Positions 50,437-60,314 of a DNA stretch of 64,000 nt are shown here, piece after piece. The DNA comes from an uncultured delta proteobacterium (GTDB lineage: Bacteria; Desulfobacterota; Desulfobacteria; Desulfobacterales; JAFDCJ01): positions 64,001 through 128,000 of the forward strand of contig CAVYNY010000015.1 of the NCBI GenBank assembly GCA_963769935.1. Direction: 5' to 3'. The position numbers were made by a program, and so were the translations under genes. Within the stretch, counting starts at the first letter, position 1. Every line of letters starts with the position of its first letter. Below the pieces are notes generated by a model. It worked only from the letters and a program-made list of their open reading frames with translations. It had not been told where the DNA came from and made no database searches.

Positions 50437-51510
50437 ATGAAGGTCCTCGCCCTTAATTCAAGCCCTCGCGACGGAGACCAGAGCAAAACAGGACTCATGC
50501 TCGATCATCTTGTTGAAGGCATGCGGGAAGCCGGTGCCGAGGTGGAGGTCGTGCAGCTCCGCAAGAAGAAAGTCAAGAACTGCATCGGCTGTTACACCTG
50601 CTGGACAAAGACACCGGGTGTCTGCATCCACAAGGATGACATGACCCACGAGCTTTTCCCGAAATTTATTGAATCCGATCTTGTGGTCTATGGCACGCCG
50701 CTTTACCATTTTACGCTGAATGCCACCATGAAGACATTTATCGAGCGCACGCTTCCCATACTAGAACCTTTTTTTAAGCAGGAAAATGGGAAAACCCATC
50801 ACCCGCATCGCTATGAGTTCCCCAAGGCGGTGCTCCTTTCAGTCGCCGGCTTTCCGGAAATGTCTGTTTTTGAGCAGCTCTCCTCCTGGGTGCAATTCAT
50901 TTTCGGCAGGTCGGGGAAGCTGGTGGCCGAGATCTACCGGCCGGCGGCAGAGGTCCTGACCGTGCCTTTTTTCAAAGACAAGGTCGAGGACATTCTTGAA
51001 GCCACCAAACAGGCGGGCAGGGAGATCGCTCAATCCTTGAAAGTTTCGCAAGAGACCTTAGCCCGCGTCACCCAGAATCTTAGCGAGAACAAGGAAATAT
51101 TCCACAAAATGGCAAATCTCTTTTGGAAGAGCTGCATTGCAGAGGAGGTTGCACCCAGGGAATTTGCTGAAAGAGGGCTCATCCCTCGACCTGATTCTAT
51201 CGAGACGTTCATGCTGATTCTCCCGATGGGATTCAATCCTGACGGCGCGAGCGACACCCAGGCCGTCCTTCAGTTTAACTTCTCCGGTGAGAGCGAAGGG
51301 TCATGCCATTTCCGGATCGAGAATCGACAAATCAAGGCGCTCCCCGGTCCAGCGGAAAAACCGGATCTTACCATCGACAGCCCTTTTGAGGTGTGGATGG
51401 ACATCATGACCGGCAAGGCAGACGGCCAGCAGATGTTTATGGCTCAGAAGTACAAGGTGAGCGGCGATTTCAACTTGCTGATTCCCATCAGGCAGATCTT
51501 TGGGAAGTAA
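50437..51510 (+). CDS. Iron-sulfur flavodoxin-like (FMN reductase) protein with C-terminal SCP2 sterol-carrier domain
   Basis: LNSSPR, CIGCYTCW..C.HKDDM, TPLY; C-terminal LQFNFSG..PDLTI..MFMAQKYKVSGD. Confidence 0.88.
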   Translation: MKVLALNSSPRDGDQSKTGLMLDHLVEGMREAGAEVEVVQLRKKKVKNCIGCYTCWTKTPGVCIHKDDMTHELFPKFIESDLVVYGTPLYHFTLNATMKTFIERTLPILEPFFKQENGKTHHPHRYEFPKAVLLSVAGFPEMSVFEQLSSWVQFIFGRSGKLVAEIYRPAAEVLTVPFFKDKVEDILEATKQAGREIAQSLKVSQETLARVTQNLSENKEIFHKMANLFWKSCIAEEVAPREFAERGLIPRPDSIETFMLILPMGFNPDGASDTQAVLQFNFSGESEGSCHFRIENRQIKALPGPAEKPDLTIDSPFEVWMDIMTGKADGQQMFMAQKYKVSGDFNLLIPIRQIFGK

Positions 51511-51558
51511 ACAAATCAGCCGCGAATTTACGAGGCGGCTGAATTTGTCAGGTTGGGC
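51507..51558 (-). mobile_element. attC-like site lacking a clean R' end
   Basis: Minus strand GCCCAAC-CTGACAAATTCAGCCGC..GCGGCTGATTTG, just after the lysA stop. Confidence 0.6.
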
Positions 51559-51585
51559 AAAAGTTCGAGAAGATCACGGCAATTC

Positions 51586-52863
51586 TTATCGCCCTTCGCT
51601 ATATGCCTCCAGTTCCCGCTGCATCATATCATTCAACGTTTCACGTCGCTCGATGACTTTTACTGATTTGTCAGGAGAAACAAGGATTGAAGCCGGCAAA
51701 TTCATTGAGTTGTACTCACTTTTCATCGCGTGTGAATAAGCCCCGACGCAACCCATAACCATCAAATCGCCAACACTTAGCTCCGGGAATTCACGAGGTT
51801 CGAGTATGCCTGAACCATCGGATTTAACCGTGAATACATCTCCGGATTCGCACAGATAACCTGCCACGACATAAGGGTGTTTTTCGGTCCCGGCAGAAGG
51901 GTTGCGTCTGACAAACCGAATGGGATGAAATGAACCATACATCGATGGTCGAATATTGTGATTCAAACCTGTATTAACGATCACAAACCGATAATCCGGT
52001 GTTGACTTAACAGCCTGGATTTCCGCGAGGAGTGTTCCGCTGTGCGCGACAATATAACGGCCGGGTTCGATTTGAAGAGAAATTTCGCGGCCCATTTTTT
52101 TAGAAAATGCAGCCATGCTCTCTGAAAGGGCCTTTCCCCAAGCTTTCACATCCATGGGCTTCTGCTTCGCTTCATTGTATACGACCGGCAGCCCCCCGCC
52201 AAAATTTACAAATTGCAGGTCAGGAAATGTGCTTGCGTTTGAGAGCATAAGATCCTTAATACGGAGCCAGGGTTCGATATCGTGCCCGCCGGACCCGATA
52301 TGCGCATGAACTCCGATAATTCGCAGCCCCAGCTTTTTAGCTATGGATTTCGCTTCGTCAATTTGATCGAAATAGATACCGTGTTTGCTGCTTGGGCCGC
52401 CGGTGTTGGTTTTGTTGGTCTCGCCGTTTCCTTCCCCCGGGTTTACGCGTATCGAGCAGGCCGTGCAGCCAGGGATTTTTCCCAGCAATCGAATTTGGTC
52501 TATCGAAGTGCAGTTGATGAGCACACCCCGTTGTACAAGCTCTTCGTACACCGTTAAAGTCGCACCCTCGCCTGTGTAATATATCTCCTGGGGCAGGAAC
52601 CCGGCGCGTTGTGCTCGCAGCACTTCATTCAAAGACGAGGCATCAATCCATAGCCCTTCTTCACGAATAATTTTCAAGATCGCCTGTAAGGTTAGCGCCT
52701 TGCAGGCATACCGAATTTTGGTTCGGGGGTACGATATAGCCGTCTTTAGTTCCCGGCATTTACTTCGAATGACGGCTTCTTCAAAAATATAAAGTGGCGT
52801 GTGGTATGTTTCGGCAATTTCAGCAATTCTTTCGTCTGAGATTTGGGTCATAATTGTGTCCAT
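51586..52863 (-). CDS. lysA: Diaminopimelate decarboxylase
   Basis: YACKA (PLP Lys), HAHIGS, EPGRYIV, CESGD, GAYS..SEYNS. Confidence 0.88.
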   Translation of the reverse strand: MDTIMTQISDERIAEIAETYHTPLYIFEEAVIRSKCRELKTAISYPRTKIRYACKALTLQAILKIIREEGLWIDASSLNEVLRAQRAGFLPQEIYYTGEGATLTVYEELVQRGVLINCTSIDQIRLLGKIPGCTACSIRVNPGEGNGETNKTNTGGPSSKHGIYFDQIDEAKSIAKKLGLRIIGVHAHIGSGGHDIEPWLRIKDLMLSNASTFPDLQFVNFGGGLPVVYNEAKQKPMDVKAWGKALSESMAAFSKKMGREISLQIEPGRYIVAHSGTLLAEIQAVKSTPDYRFVIVNTGLNHNIRPSMYGSFHPIRFVRRNPSAGTEKHPYVVAGYLCESGDVFTVKSDGSGILEPREFPELSVGDLMVMGCVGAYSHAMKSEYNSMNLPASILVSPDKSVKVIERRETLNDMMQRELEAYSEGR

Positions 52864-52896
52864 AGGGGGTTCCTCCAGTTGCGCGATAGCAGACAG

Positions 52897-52978
52897 GCAT
52901 AATCGCCACGGATCAGCAGCAATCCGAGCGGCAAGCTTGCTTGCTGGTGGTATTGACTGTTGAATCCGCTGGTTGTGA
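52897..52978 (-). mobile_element. attC-like site
   Basis: Minus strand TCACAAC-CAGCGGATTCAACAG...CTGCTGATCCGTGGC-GATTATGC. Confidence 0.65.
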
Positions 52979-53047
52979 GGCGCAGCGCTCCGAGCAGCAA
53001 ATGGCGGCCTGGGGTCGCCACAGTAACATCTTGAAAAACCGGTAGAC

Positions 53048-53111
53048 TAAGACCATTTCAAAGACGTTTTTAAGACATTTTATCGGCAATGTCAATTACT
53101 TAGCGTGGCCC
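53048..53111 (+). repeat. ~64-bp dispersed repeat, copy 2
   Basis: TAAGACCATTTCAAAGACGTTTTTAAGACATTT..GCAATGTCAATTACTTAGCGTGGCCC. Confidence 0.8.
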
Positions 53112-53129
53112 GCCCCCCGGCTCACCCAC

Positions 53130-53891
53130 TCAGTGAGCGAGCACCAGCTTTATGGCCATCACCACAAGGGCGACGTAGAGAATCCATCGAATCAAACCCT
53201 CGCCTCTCTTCAGTGCCAGGCGGGTCGCAATCCAGCCGCCGAGGGCATTGCCGACGGCGAGCACAAGCCCGGCGGACCACAGAACCTGGCCTTTGCTTGC
53301 AAAAATGAGCAGCGCCGCCAGGGTGTAAACACCCACGATGAAGACCTTGTGCATGTTGACCCTCACAAGATCGAGGCCGAGGACACCGTGGAGCACTGCC
53401 ATCAGGATAAAGCCCACGCCGGCCTGTATAAATCCGCCGTAAAACCCAGTGGCTACCATCAATAGGTGCGCCGGAACGACTCGCCGCCATCGGTTTTGGC
53501 CGCTCTTCTCGTGCCCGGGGTCCTCTGAACGTTTTTTTTTGTGCGCCATCTGCAATAAAACCAGAAGCATGACGCCCGCCAGAATTCGATTGAACCAGAC
53601 GCCTCCGATCCTGGTACCCACATAGGCACCCAGAATCGCTCCGGGAAGAGCACATAGGCCCAGTGACAAACTCAATTTGAAATCCGACAGTCCCCGCTCG
53701 GCGAAACCTGCAGTGGCAACAAGATTCTGAATCAGGATCGCAACCCGGTTTGTGCCGTTGGCGACTGTTCCATCCTCGCCCATAAACACCAGAATCGGCA
53801 TCGTGATCAACGAACCGCCGCCGGCCATGACGTTCAGGAAACCGGCGATACAGCCGGCCAGGCTCAACACGATACCCTGCCAGAGTTCCAA
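53130..53891 (-). CDS. Sulfite exporter TauE/SafE family protein
   Basis: AGFLNVMAGGGSLI, ANGTNR, GFYGGFIQAGVG. Confidence 0.92.
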   Translation of the reverse strand: MELWQGIVLSLAGCIAGFLNVMAGGGSLITMPILVFMGEDGTVANGTNRVAILIQNLVATAGFAERGLSDFKLSLSLGLCALPGAILGAYVGTRIGGVWFNRILAGVMLLVLLQMAHKKKRSEDPGHEKSGQNRWRRVVPAHLLMVATGFYGGFIQAGVGFILMAVLHGVLGLDLVRVNMHKVFIVGVYTLAALLIFASKGQVLWSAGLVLAVGNALGGWIATRLALKRGEGLIRWILYVALVVMAIKLVLAH

Positions 53892-54039
53892 TATTTCTCT
53901 CCTTTATGTTCAGAACCTGGGCGGTTCGAATAAAAACGACAGCCTGAATCCAACTCAAAAAGAGCCCGGTTCGAAGCGCTTTTAATACCGAAAACTACAC
54001 CAGTACGTCAAGTGCATGTTCCTAATAATCTATACAGGA

Positions 54040-54225
54040 ACCGCACAACCACCAATTGCCTTGAAAACCTCGGTACATTTATATCCCAATTTTCGCACTG
54101 CAATATAACAAAGCACTCGGCGCGCTTCTGTGACGGGTCGCTCTTTGCCGGCTGACTTCAAATTCTCAGGTTCGCTTTTTCAGCAGTGCGCCACTTTGTC
54201 GATGAGCGCCGGCAAGCTGATAACA
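54040..54225 (-). pseudogene. RAYT-type transposase C-terminal HTH remnant
   Basis: LIDKVAHC*KSEPENLKSAGKERPVTEARRVLCYIAVRKLGYKCTEV. Confidence 0.55.
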
Positions 54226-54285
54226 CTCACCTGCAAAATGATATGGCATATCCCGTCAGCAACCGCCGCATGACTGTAACGATCG

Positions 54286-54708
54286 GTGCCAAACCGGTTC
54301 AATATAAAAGCTCCTTTCAACGCCATGGGAGGACTGTCACTGCTGGTAATGGGATTGATGCTTTTCCTCGTGCCGGAAAGTCCCGCCTTCAAGAGCCGTG
54401 ACAAGAAAAGGGCTTCTTTCTTCAGGTCCCTTCTTTCGGTCTACAAAGACAAACCCATGATCGGCATCATGGTTTACATGGCTACGAGGGGATTTTACAG
54501 GTGGGGATTCAATACATTCTTTCCGCTGATTGCCGTAAGAACAGAAAAGATGAGCCCTGCCGATATCGGTCTGGTTTTTTCCGTCTACATGCTCTTTGGA
54601 AGCATAATGCAGTATCCGTTTGGATTGCTGGCGGATAAATTTCCATCCCAGAAGGTTAATCTCATTTTGATAGGAGGCATCTGCAGATCGCTTTCCTTGG
54701 CCACATAG
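54286..54708 (+). pseudogene. MFS transporter fragment
   Basis: LFLVPES, FNTFFPL, QYPFGLLADKF; no N- or C-terminal half. Confidence 0.65.
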
Positions 54709-54895
54709 CCGGCCAACCCAAAAAAGCCACCATATGAAACGAGTAAATGAATTTATACTGCAAAGCCGCGGTCGCATTGTGCAAATACATCACCCGTTCG
54801 ATAAAATGACCGTAAAAGACCAGGGCCATGGCGTAAAACCGTGCAATATCCAAGGTCAGGATTCTAGACGACGTTAATTCACGCTGCAAAGCCAC
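54662..54895 (-). pseudogene. Acyltransferase family 3 N-terminal fragment
   Basis: RILTLDIARFYAMALVFYGH..IYSFHM. Confidence 0.65.
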
Positions 54896-55124
54896 TTCCT
54901 TCTTTTAAAGTGTTGTAGTGGCATATCTTCACTCCTTCCGTATTTGACCAACTGGTCTTTACCGTACCTTGGGCGAATCCTTCTTACGATTCTAATCGCA
55001 ACGGGGTGCGGTTCCCGTATCAATAGCTATCAAATGTATCCCGGAATAAATTGTCGTTTTGCTCTATAAGTATCAGAGAAAAAAAGTTTTGTGCAGATTA
55101 CGGCGAATGCGAGCAAGTTGTCGA

Positions 55125-56063
55125 TCAGGAATGACTCATACGTGGATCAGCTTTTCGCTCCAAGGCGCTGCGGTCCCACCCGGCGAGATCAGCTTCGGCT
55201 TCATAGGTACTCTGCAAGAAATTCAACAGCACGGTATCGGGTTCGCCAGCCGTTCGCACGACCTCGTAAGGCAGTATGAATTCCCTAAGTTCCTTATGGT
55301 AGTAGGCCGCTTCCGGTTGAACAATGTACTCGCTGAAGCCGTCCGGCTCCGGATAGGCATATGCATAGAAGGCGGCCTCGCCCAACCCTGCGCCCGGCCA
55401 GAAACCGGCGCTTGATACCTCATGGGAATACGCTTCTTCCATCACCCAATCAGCACAATTAGGCACACCGCCTGGGTGTCTTGGTGCAGTCCGCCCCGAA
55501 AAGCGAGTCACAGCCAGATCAAATGCGCCCCAGAAAAAATGTACAGGGCTCACCTTACCAATGAAGCGAGCCCGGAAATCAGTGAAGACGCGTTGCACTT
55601 GCAGCAAGGCTTGATACCATCGTCCGACCGCCTCAGGGTCGTACGATGCGTTACCCTCGATTTCAGGAAAGGGCCTTACGAGATTAGGGATCTCAACGGG
55701 CATTGGCCAGATGTGCGTTTCGATGTCCAGTTCGCCGAGAATCCTCATAATTTTCCGATAGAAGTCTGCAACCGATATCGGCTTCAAGCCAAAGGAGCGG
55801 CGCTCCCTTTCGGACGTAGTAACATGTAGTCGGTGGTCATTAAAATCAAAGTCAATTTCGAAGCCGCGAGTACCATAAGGGATCAGGGAGGTTGTCAGCC
55901 CCCGCGAGGTGATATAAAATGGGACGTGCCACGAGTGATTTATCCAGGGCATATGCGAAAGACGGATTTTTCCTACAATTTGGCTCCAAAGGTGGAGTGT
56001 TTCGTAGGTCTCTTGCCACGGCAATAGTGGCAACTTCGGCCAACGCTCGTTTTGTATGGTCAT
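55125..56063 (-). CDS. DUF5996-like protein (cassette-like)
   Basis: TLHLWSQIVGKIRL, NHSWHV, VHFFWGAFDLA, SAGFWPG, FYAYAYPEP. Confidence 0.85.
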   Translation of the reverse strand: MTIQNERWPKLPLLPWQETYETLHLWSQIVGKIRLSHMPWINHSWHVPFYITSRGLTTSLIPYGTRGFEIDFDFNDHRLHVTTSERERRSFGLKPISVADFYRKIMRILGELDIETHIWPMPVEIPNLVRPFPEIEGNASYDPEAVGRWYQALLQVQRVFTDFRARFIGKVSPVHFFWGAFDLAVTRFSGRTAPRHPGGVPNCADWVMEEAYSHEVSSAGFWPGAGLGEAAFYAYAYPEPDGFSEYIVQPEAAYYHKELREFILPYEVVRTAGEPDTVLLNFLQSTYEAEADLAGWDRSALERKADPRMSHS

Positions 56064-56068
56064 GACGA

Positions 56069-57187
56069 TTACCCTCCTTTTCTGTGCTGCCCAACGTTGC
56101 AGGTAACCTGGATGTTCAAACCTGCAATGCGCTTCGAAAACCTTAGCCCCGCCTCCAATGCTCCCTCAAGCAGACCACCATTGCTAAAAGATGTTTCCGT
56201 TGAGATGAATTCGAGCTTCCCATCCCATGCACTGCCCAATTGAAGATTTAGCCCATACTGTGGATGATGGGTTTGTGGATTGCGATCGGCGTCATTAGCG
56301 GTAAATCTTTCCGTACTCCAATCCTGGAAATGAACCGCTTTAGGCCGATTCGCTTTATTCCCAAACAACGTCGCGAGTTGGGCCGTTGCTTGTCTGATAA
56401 ATTCAGACCGCCCCATACTTGCCCGACTATTTGCATCCAGCCCGGAAAAGCCAAACAAACAGAAAGTGCTTCCAGAATTTGGCGAAGCATCGTGAATCTC
56501 TGCCAATGGTCCATGTTGGCTGATGGCAGTCCCACACAGACCTTTCTTCCGCCAAAATGGCTCATCATAGATCGCGAAAAACTTGGCATGCCCCGCCATC
56601 CAGGTAGGGATTGCAGCCAGAGTTCGAGTCGTTTTGGGAGGCAACTCAGGCATAAATTTCAGCTCAGCCGCCAATCGGGGTGGTATTGCCACGGCAACCT
56701 GCTTTGTTTGTATCTGTATCTTTCCCGACGGCCCCATTACATCGACAGCAATAACGTCTCTGTTAATTGAGAGTCCTGTAACCACATGCTCCAAAAGGCG
56801 ATGGGGGGCATCAATTCTATTGACTATCGCGTCAGAGAGGCGGTTGATGCCGCCCTGAATGCGCCGCGCCCCTGCCATTGGTGATAAGGCTGTGGTTCTG
56901 TCAATACGACCGTCAATCTCTTGAAGCAATACATCGCCATCAGCAAATTGTTCGTAAGATGGAATATTGAAATGGTTCAATAAACTGGCCACAAGTGGTT
57001 GACCAGGCCAAAACCAAGATGGGCCAAGATCACAATCAGCACCCTCGTCGCCCCTCATTGTTAGAATTCGACCACCGAATCGTGTTCGGGCTTCCATCAC
57101 ACTTGCGTTTTTACCTGCATCTCGCAGTTGCCATGTTGCGAAAAGTCCACTAAGTCCACCGCCAATAATCAAGATGTCTGTTTGCAT
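56069..57187 (-). CDS. Flavin monoamine oxidase family FAD-dependent oxidoreductase
   Basis: IIGGGLSG, EARTRFGGRI, DLGPSW, GLLEGA; reads through a truncated attC. Confidence 0.88.
   Translation of the reverse strand: MQTDILIIGGGLSGLFATWQLRDAGKNASVMEARTRFGGRILTMRGDEGADCDLGPSWFWPGQPLVASLLNHFNIPSYEQFADGDVLLQEIDGRIDRTTALSPMAGARRIQGGINRLSDAIVNRIDAPHRLLEHVVTGLSINRDVIAVDVMGPSGKIQIQTKQVAVAIPPRLAAELKFMPELPPKTTRTLAAIPTWMAGHAKFFAIYDEPFWRKKGLCGTAISQHGPLAEIHDASPNSGSTFCLFGFSGLDANSRASMGRSEFIRQATAQLATLFGNKANRPKAVHFQDWSTERFTANDADRNPQTHHPQYGLNLQLGSAWDGKLEFISTETSFSNGGLLEGALEAGLRFSKRIAGLNIQVTCNVGQHRKGG
56089..56120 (-). mobile_element. Internally deleted attC-like site
   Basis: Minus strand TTTGAAC-ATCCAGGTTACCTGCAAC-GTTGGGC (32 bp). 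Confidence 0.5.
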
Positions 57188-57342
57188 AAGATGCCCGTTT
57201 TGAGTCCTTATTTTCGGTACTCAAAATATACTTCTAAGGTCAAATATTCCCCCTAATTTACAACCTTTTTGCCATGAATACAAAGCCTTGCGGTGGTCAG
57301 GCCCAATCGGAAACGGCTTCGTCAACAGTAACTGGGTGTTTC

Positions 57343-57522
57343 TTATTTTTTTTCATTGCTCAGGTAATTGGCTTGAACCTGCTGAAGTTTGGTAAAGAAT
57401 TCCTTCTCGGTGAAGAAACCTTTTTCAATGAGCAGTTTGATAGCTGTGTCCACCTGAATCGAGCATGCGATCAGCAACTCTTTGATACTGGCAAGTTCAT
57501 CGGAATCGATTTTTTGAGCCAC
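57343..57522 (-). CDS. Small hypothetical protein (59 aa)
   Basis: GTG after AAGGAG: MAQKIDSDELASIKELLIACSIQVDTAIKLLIEKGFFTEKEFFTKLQQVQANYLSNEKK. Confidence 0.65.
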   Translation of the reverse strand: MAQKIDSDELASIKELLIACSIQVDTAIKLLIEKGFFTEKEFFTKLQQVQANYLSNEKK

Positions 57523-57563
57523 CGGGGAACTCCTTTTGATTGCAGGATAAATTTTATGGGTTG

Positions 57564-57968
57564 TTAATCCAACGCTGTGGTTGGCTTCTCGATTGGTGTT
57601 TTTTTCGGTGTTGGAGTTTCGGACGGTTTTCGACCCAAATCCACATATGCATCGAAATAAGCGCCCTGTTCGACAGAAATGCCTTTGCTTTTGATGTTTC
57701 CGGAAAAATTTGCCTCTTTGGCAATCTCAACCTTTCCTGATGCGATGATATCCCCTTTCATATGACCCCTGATTCTCACGTTTTGCGCCCGTGCTTCACC
57801 CTCCAATCTACCACCGGGGCCTAAAAAGAGGTTGTAATCTTCAATGTCCACATTACCTTTTATCCTGCCATTTATGATCAGGTGTTCTTTAGCTTTAATA
57901 TTGCCATCAATTGTGGTGGAATTATTTATCGTGGTTTTCTCTTCTTTTACGATGCCATCAGATTCCAT
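57564..57968 (-). CDS. Bactofilin (polymer-forming cytoskeletal protein)
   Basis: TTIDGNI..INGRIKGNV..IRGHMKGDI..ISVEQGAYF. Confidence 0.88.
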   Translation of the reverse strand: MESDGIVKEEKTTINNSTTIDGNIKAKEHLIINGRIKGNVDIEDYNLFLGPGGRLEGEARAQNVRIRGHMKGDIIASGKVEIAKEANFSGNIKSKGISVEQGAYFDAYVDLGRKPSETPTPKKTPIEKPTTALD

Positions 57969-58320
57969 GGGATATCCCTCCTCTAATTGGATGGTTGGCA
58001 ATTATGGTTGGTCACGCAGTGTCATATGAAAAATTGCTGATGGTGTCAATGGGTACCTCCTGACTTTGGGGTTGATGTTTGCTAAACCCAATTGTTTTAA
58101 GAGCCCCAGATGGTTTTTCAATTATTATTTTCTATGTCGCGCAAAATCGAGGTATTAGTTTAAAAACGCTGGACAGTACAGTCGTTCAGCATTACTCTAT
58201 CATTGAAAGTTGCGTGGGCCACGTCCGATGTTTCCTGAAATATCTGGGACGATTGTGCGCCGCCGACGCAGCGCAAGTCCGTTTCGTCATGGTCGTTACG
58301 ACGCCAGAGAGGAGGGCCAG

Positions 58321-58713
58321 ATGGCAAAAACGCTTAAAAGTACGCTCTCGGGAGTGTGGCTCATGCAGACCGTCAAGATGAGTGTCCCGGTGCCCTGCAA
58401 GATTGAGTACACAGTGCGCCACAAGGGCGATGGCAACAACAAGCTCAGAGTTCGGTATGGAAGCTTTTTTCACCTCATCTGGGCCAAGGTCCACGATTTC
58501 GAGATCGAGCCAGGCAAGTCGAAGTCCCGGAGCACGGAGGAAAAGAGCGACAATTCAGGGACGGAGGACAACTGGCAGGACGTCCGCTGGAGGCTCTCGC
58601 GCACGGCGCTGACCAAGGCGATTGACTGGGAGCTGACATACACCGTCACTCGCCTCAAGGACGAGACCGACGCGACCTCACAGTGCAGCTCCACGGTCAC
58701 CTCCGATGAATGA
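58321..58713 (+). CDS. Hypothetical protein
   Basis: 130 aa after GGAGGG; regular GC3-rich codon usage. Confidence 0.6.
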   Translation: MAKTLKSTLSGVWLMQTVKMSVPVPCKIEYTVRHKGDGNNKLRVRYGSFFHLIWAKVHDFEIEPGKSKSRSTEEKSDNSGTEDNWQDVRWRLSRTALTKAIDWELTYTVTRLKDETDATSQCSSTVTSDE

Positions 58714-58984
58714 CCTGTCGCACGGCGTGAGGAGGCGGTCGCGCAGATGATGGGTTTATATGTTTACACCACCCGCATTTTAAGCATATTTTGTCGCCGG
58801 AAACAAATCCGTCGGCGCCTCTGCCGGGTCGCTACGCCAAGCGATTGATGATTCAACTTTATTGTCCCGAAAACGAGTGTTTTATAGGCCCATATCCTCA
58901 TTTTCAGCTTAGAAAAGAGAATATTGGGAACGGGTATTGGTATATTGGCAGATGTCATCGCCTTAGCTGGACTGGAGTCCCTTT

Positions 58985-59303
58985 TCTCTGATAATCTTTT
59001 CGCTCCGTTTTACCGATTGGCTGGCCGTGGGTTTTGAAATGCCAAGCCTTTTGGAAAGCTCCAAGGTAGCTGATACCAAGTTCCCGTGCGGCCCAGTGGC
59101 AGAGCACGCTGCGGGCTTTAACCGTAGCCGGGTACCTCCCCCGCCGCGTTACGATTTCCGGGTCTAAACTCAAAAGGGTTGCCACTTGACCCACCAGCCA
59201 ATCAAAATCACAGCCCTGCGAAAGATATTGGTAGCGCCGCTCCAACTGCTGCCGGCAACTTTCTAAAACCGCTTTCACGAAATTGCCGTCACCCAGGATC
59301 CGT
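58985..59303 (-). pseudogene. RAYT-type transposase C-terminal remnant
   Basis: RILGDGNFVKAVL..ARSVLCHWAARELGIS, then a frameshift; no HUH domain. Confidence 0.65.
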
Positions 59304-59367
59304 TTTGATGCTATTGATTTAATACTTTTTGAATTATTTTATCTTGGAATGAAGTCATTTTTCCGAT

Positions 59368-59425
59368 GTCTAACTCTCAGGTAACGCGCGAGCGGCAGCG
59401 AGTCGGGTTCACTCGGTTGTTCGGC
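59368..59425 (-). mobile_element. Integron attC site
   Basis: Minus strand GCCGAAC-AACCGAGTGAACCCGACTCGC..GCTCGCGCGTTACCTGAGA-GTTAGAC (58 bp). Confidence 0.8.
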
Positions 59426-59457
59426 ATTCATCTTCAGTGCTGCGATTCTTTTTCTCT

Positions 59458-60117
59458 TCATTCAAATTCCAGCACACCAAATGATCGGGGAAGATGAAAA
59501 TTCGGTTTTGGGTAATCAACCGGCGACCAGGTCAGCCAGTGCGGATGTGAACTGCTGTCGGCACACTTGTAGAAATTTGCTCGCCACAAAACATGTGGCT
59601 TCGGCGTGCTCACCGAACAGTATCTTCTCAGCAGGGCTATTGGTATCGAGTATTCAACGGTCCATGTGACAGATTCCTGGATTTCCGGATCTACAATGCT
59701 TGGCAGCGAATGCGTGGCTATTATCTTGTCACAGTCACTTGCAGGGATCTCAATCCTCCCTTTCTTTAACCCCGAGTTGAAATGGAACAGGATGATACCT
59801 CCACAATTCATTTCAAAGTTAAAGTAGCCTTTGAGCACATCGTAACCTGGTGTGAAGAAGAACTCAACACAACTATCCCCACAGACACTATTTTGATGCT
59901 TTGTGGCTATTGAGCGAACATATCTGTCTTCGACTCGGAACATCACGAGTATAGCCATGTCGTCGTAGGCGATCTTCACTTCCGTCTTGGGGAAATGGTC
60001 GGGTTTCTTTCCCATGTAGTTCCGGATCAATTCGGACGGAATATCTTGCCATGGCGGGTTGTTCCAAACTGTACCAGCCTTCGGAGAGCTTGCCAGTCTT
60101 TTTACTGTAGCAATCAT
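59458..60117 (-). CDS. Carbohydrate-binding family 9-like (DOMON-like) protein
   Basis: DSCVEFF, YFNFEMN, WRANFYKCAD, PNFHLP. Confidence 0.85.
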   Translation of the reverse strand: MIATVKRLASSPKAGTVWNNPPWQDIPSELIRNYMGKKPDHFPKTEVKIAYDDMAILVMFRVEDRYVRSIATKHQNSVCGDSCVEFFFTPGYDVLKGYFNFEMNCGGIILFHFNSGLKKGRIEIPASDCDKIIATHSLPSIVDPEIQESVTWTVEYSIPIALLRRYCSVSTPKPHVLWRANFYKCADSSSHPHWLTWSPVDYPKPNFHLPRSFGVLEFE

Positions 60118-60257
60118 GTTCTGCTTTCTTTGCCGAGCGCCTTGAACTTACTTGCCGACAACTTGAATTCCGACCCATGTATCAGGAAATTGCCGCAAAA
60201 TAAAAAATTCCCCATAAAAAAAATTATTTTATGTAATCGCTTCATTGTTTGCTTGAC

Positions 60258-60314
60258 GTAGAACCAAAGTTCACCGGCGCCCGTCAGGGCGTCCAGTGCA
60301 CCGTATAATTATAG
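60258..60314 (-). mobile_element. Degenerate attC site
   Basis: Minus strand CTATAAT-TATACGGTGCACTGGACGCCC-TGAC-GGGCGCCGGTGAACTTTG-GTTCTAC; contains the stop of the upstream gene. Confidence 0.65.

Noticed and set aside
54180..54182. TGA next to Cys (HC*) as possible selenocysteine
   Set aside because: It lies in a transposase remnant without a start or an evident SECIS
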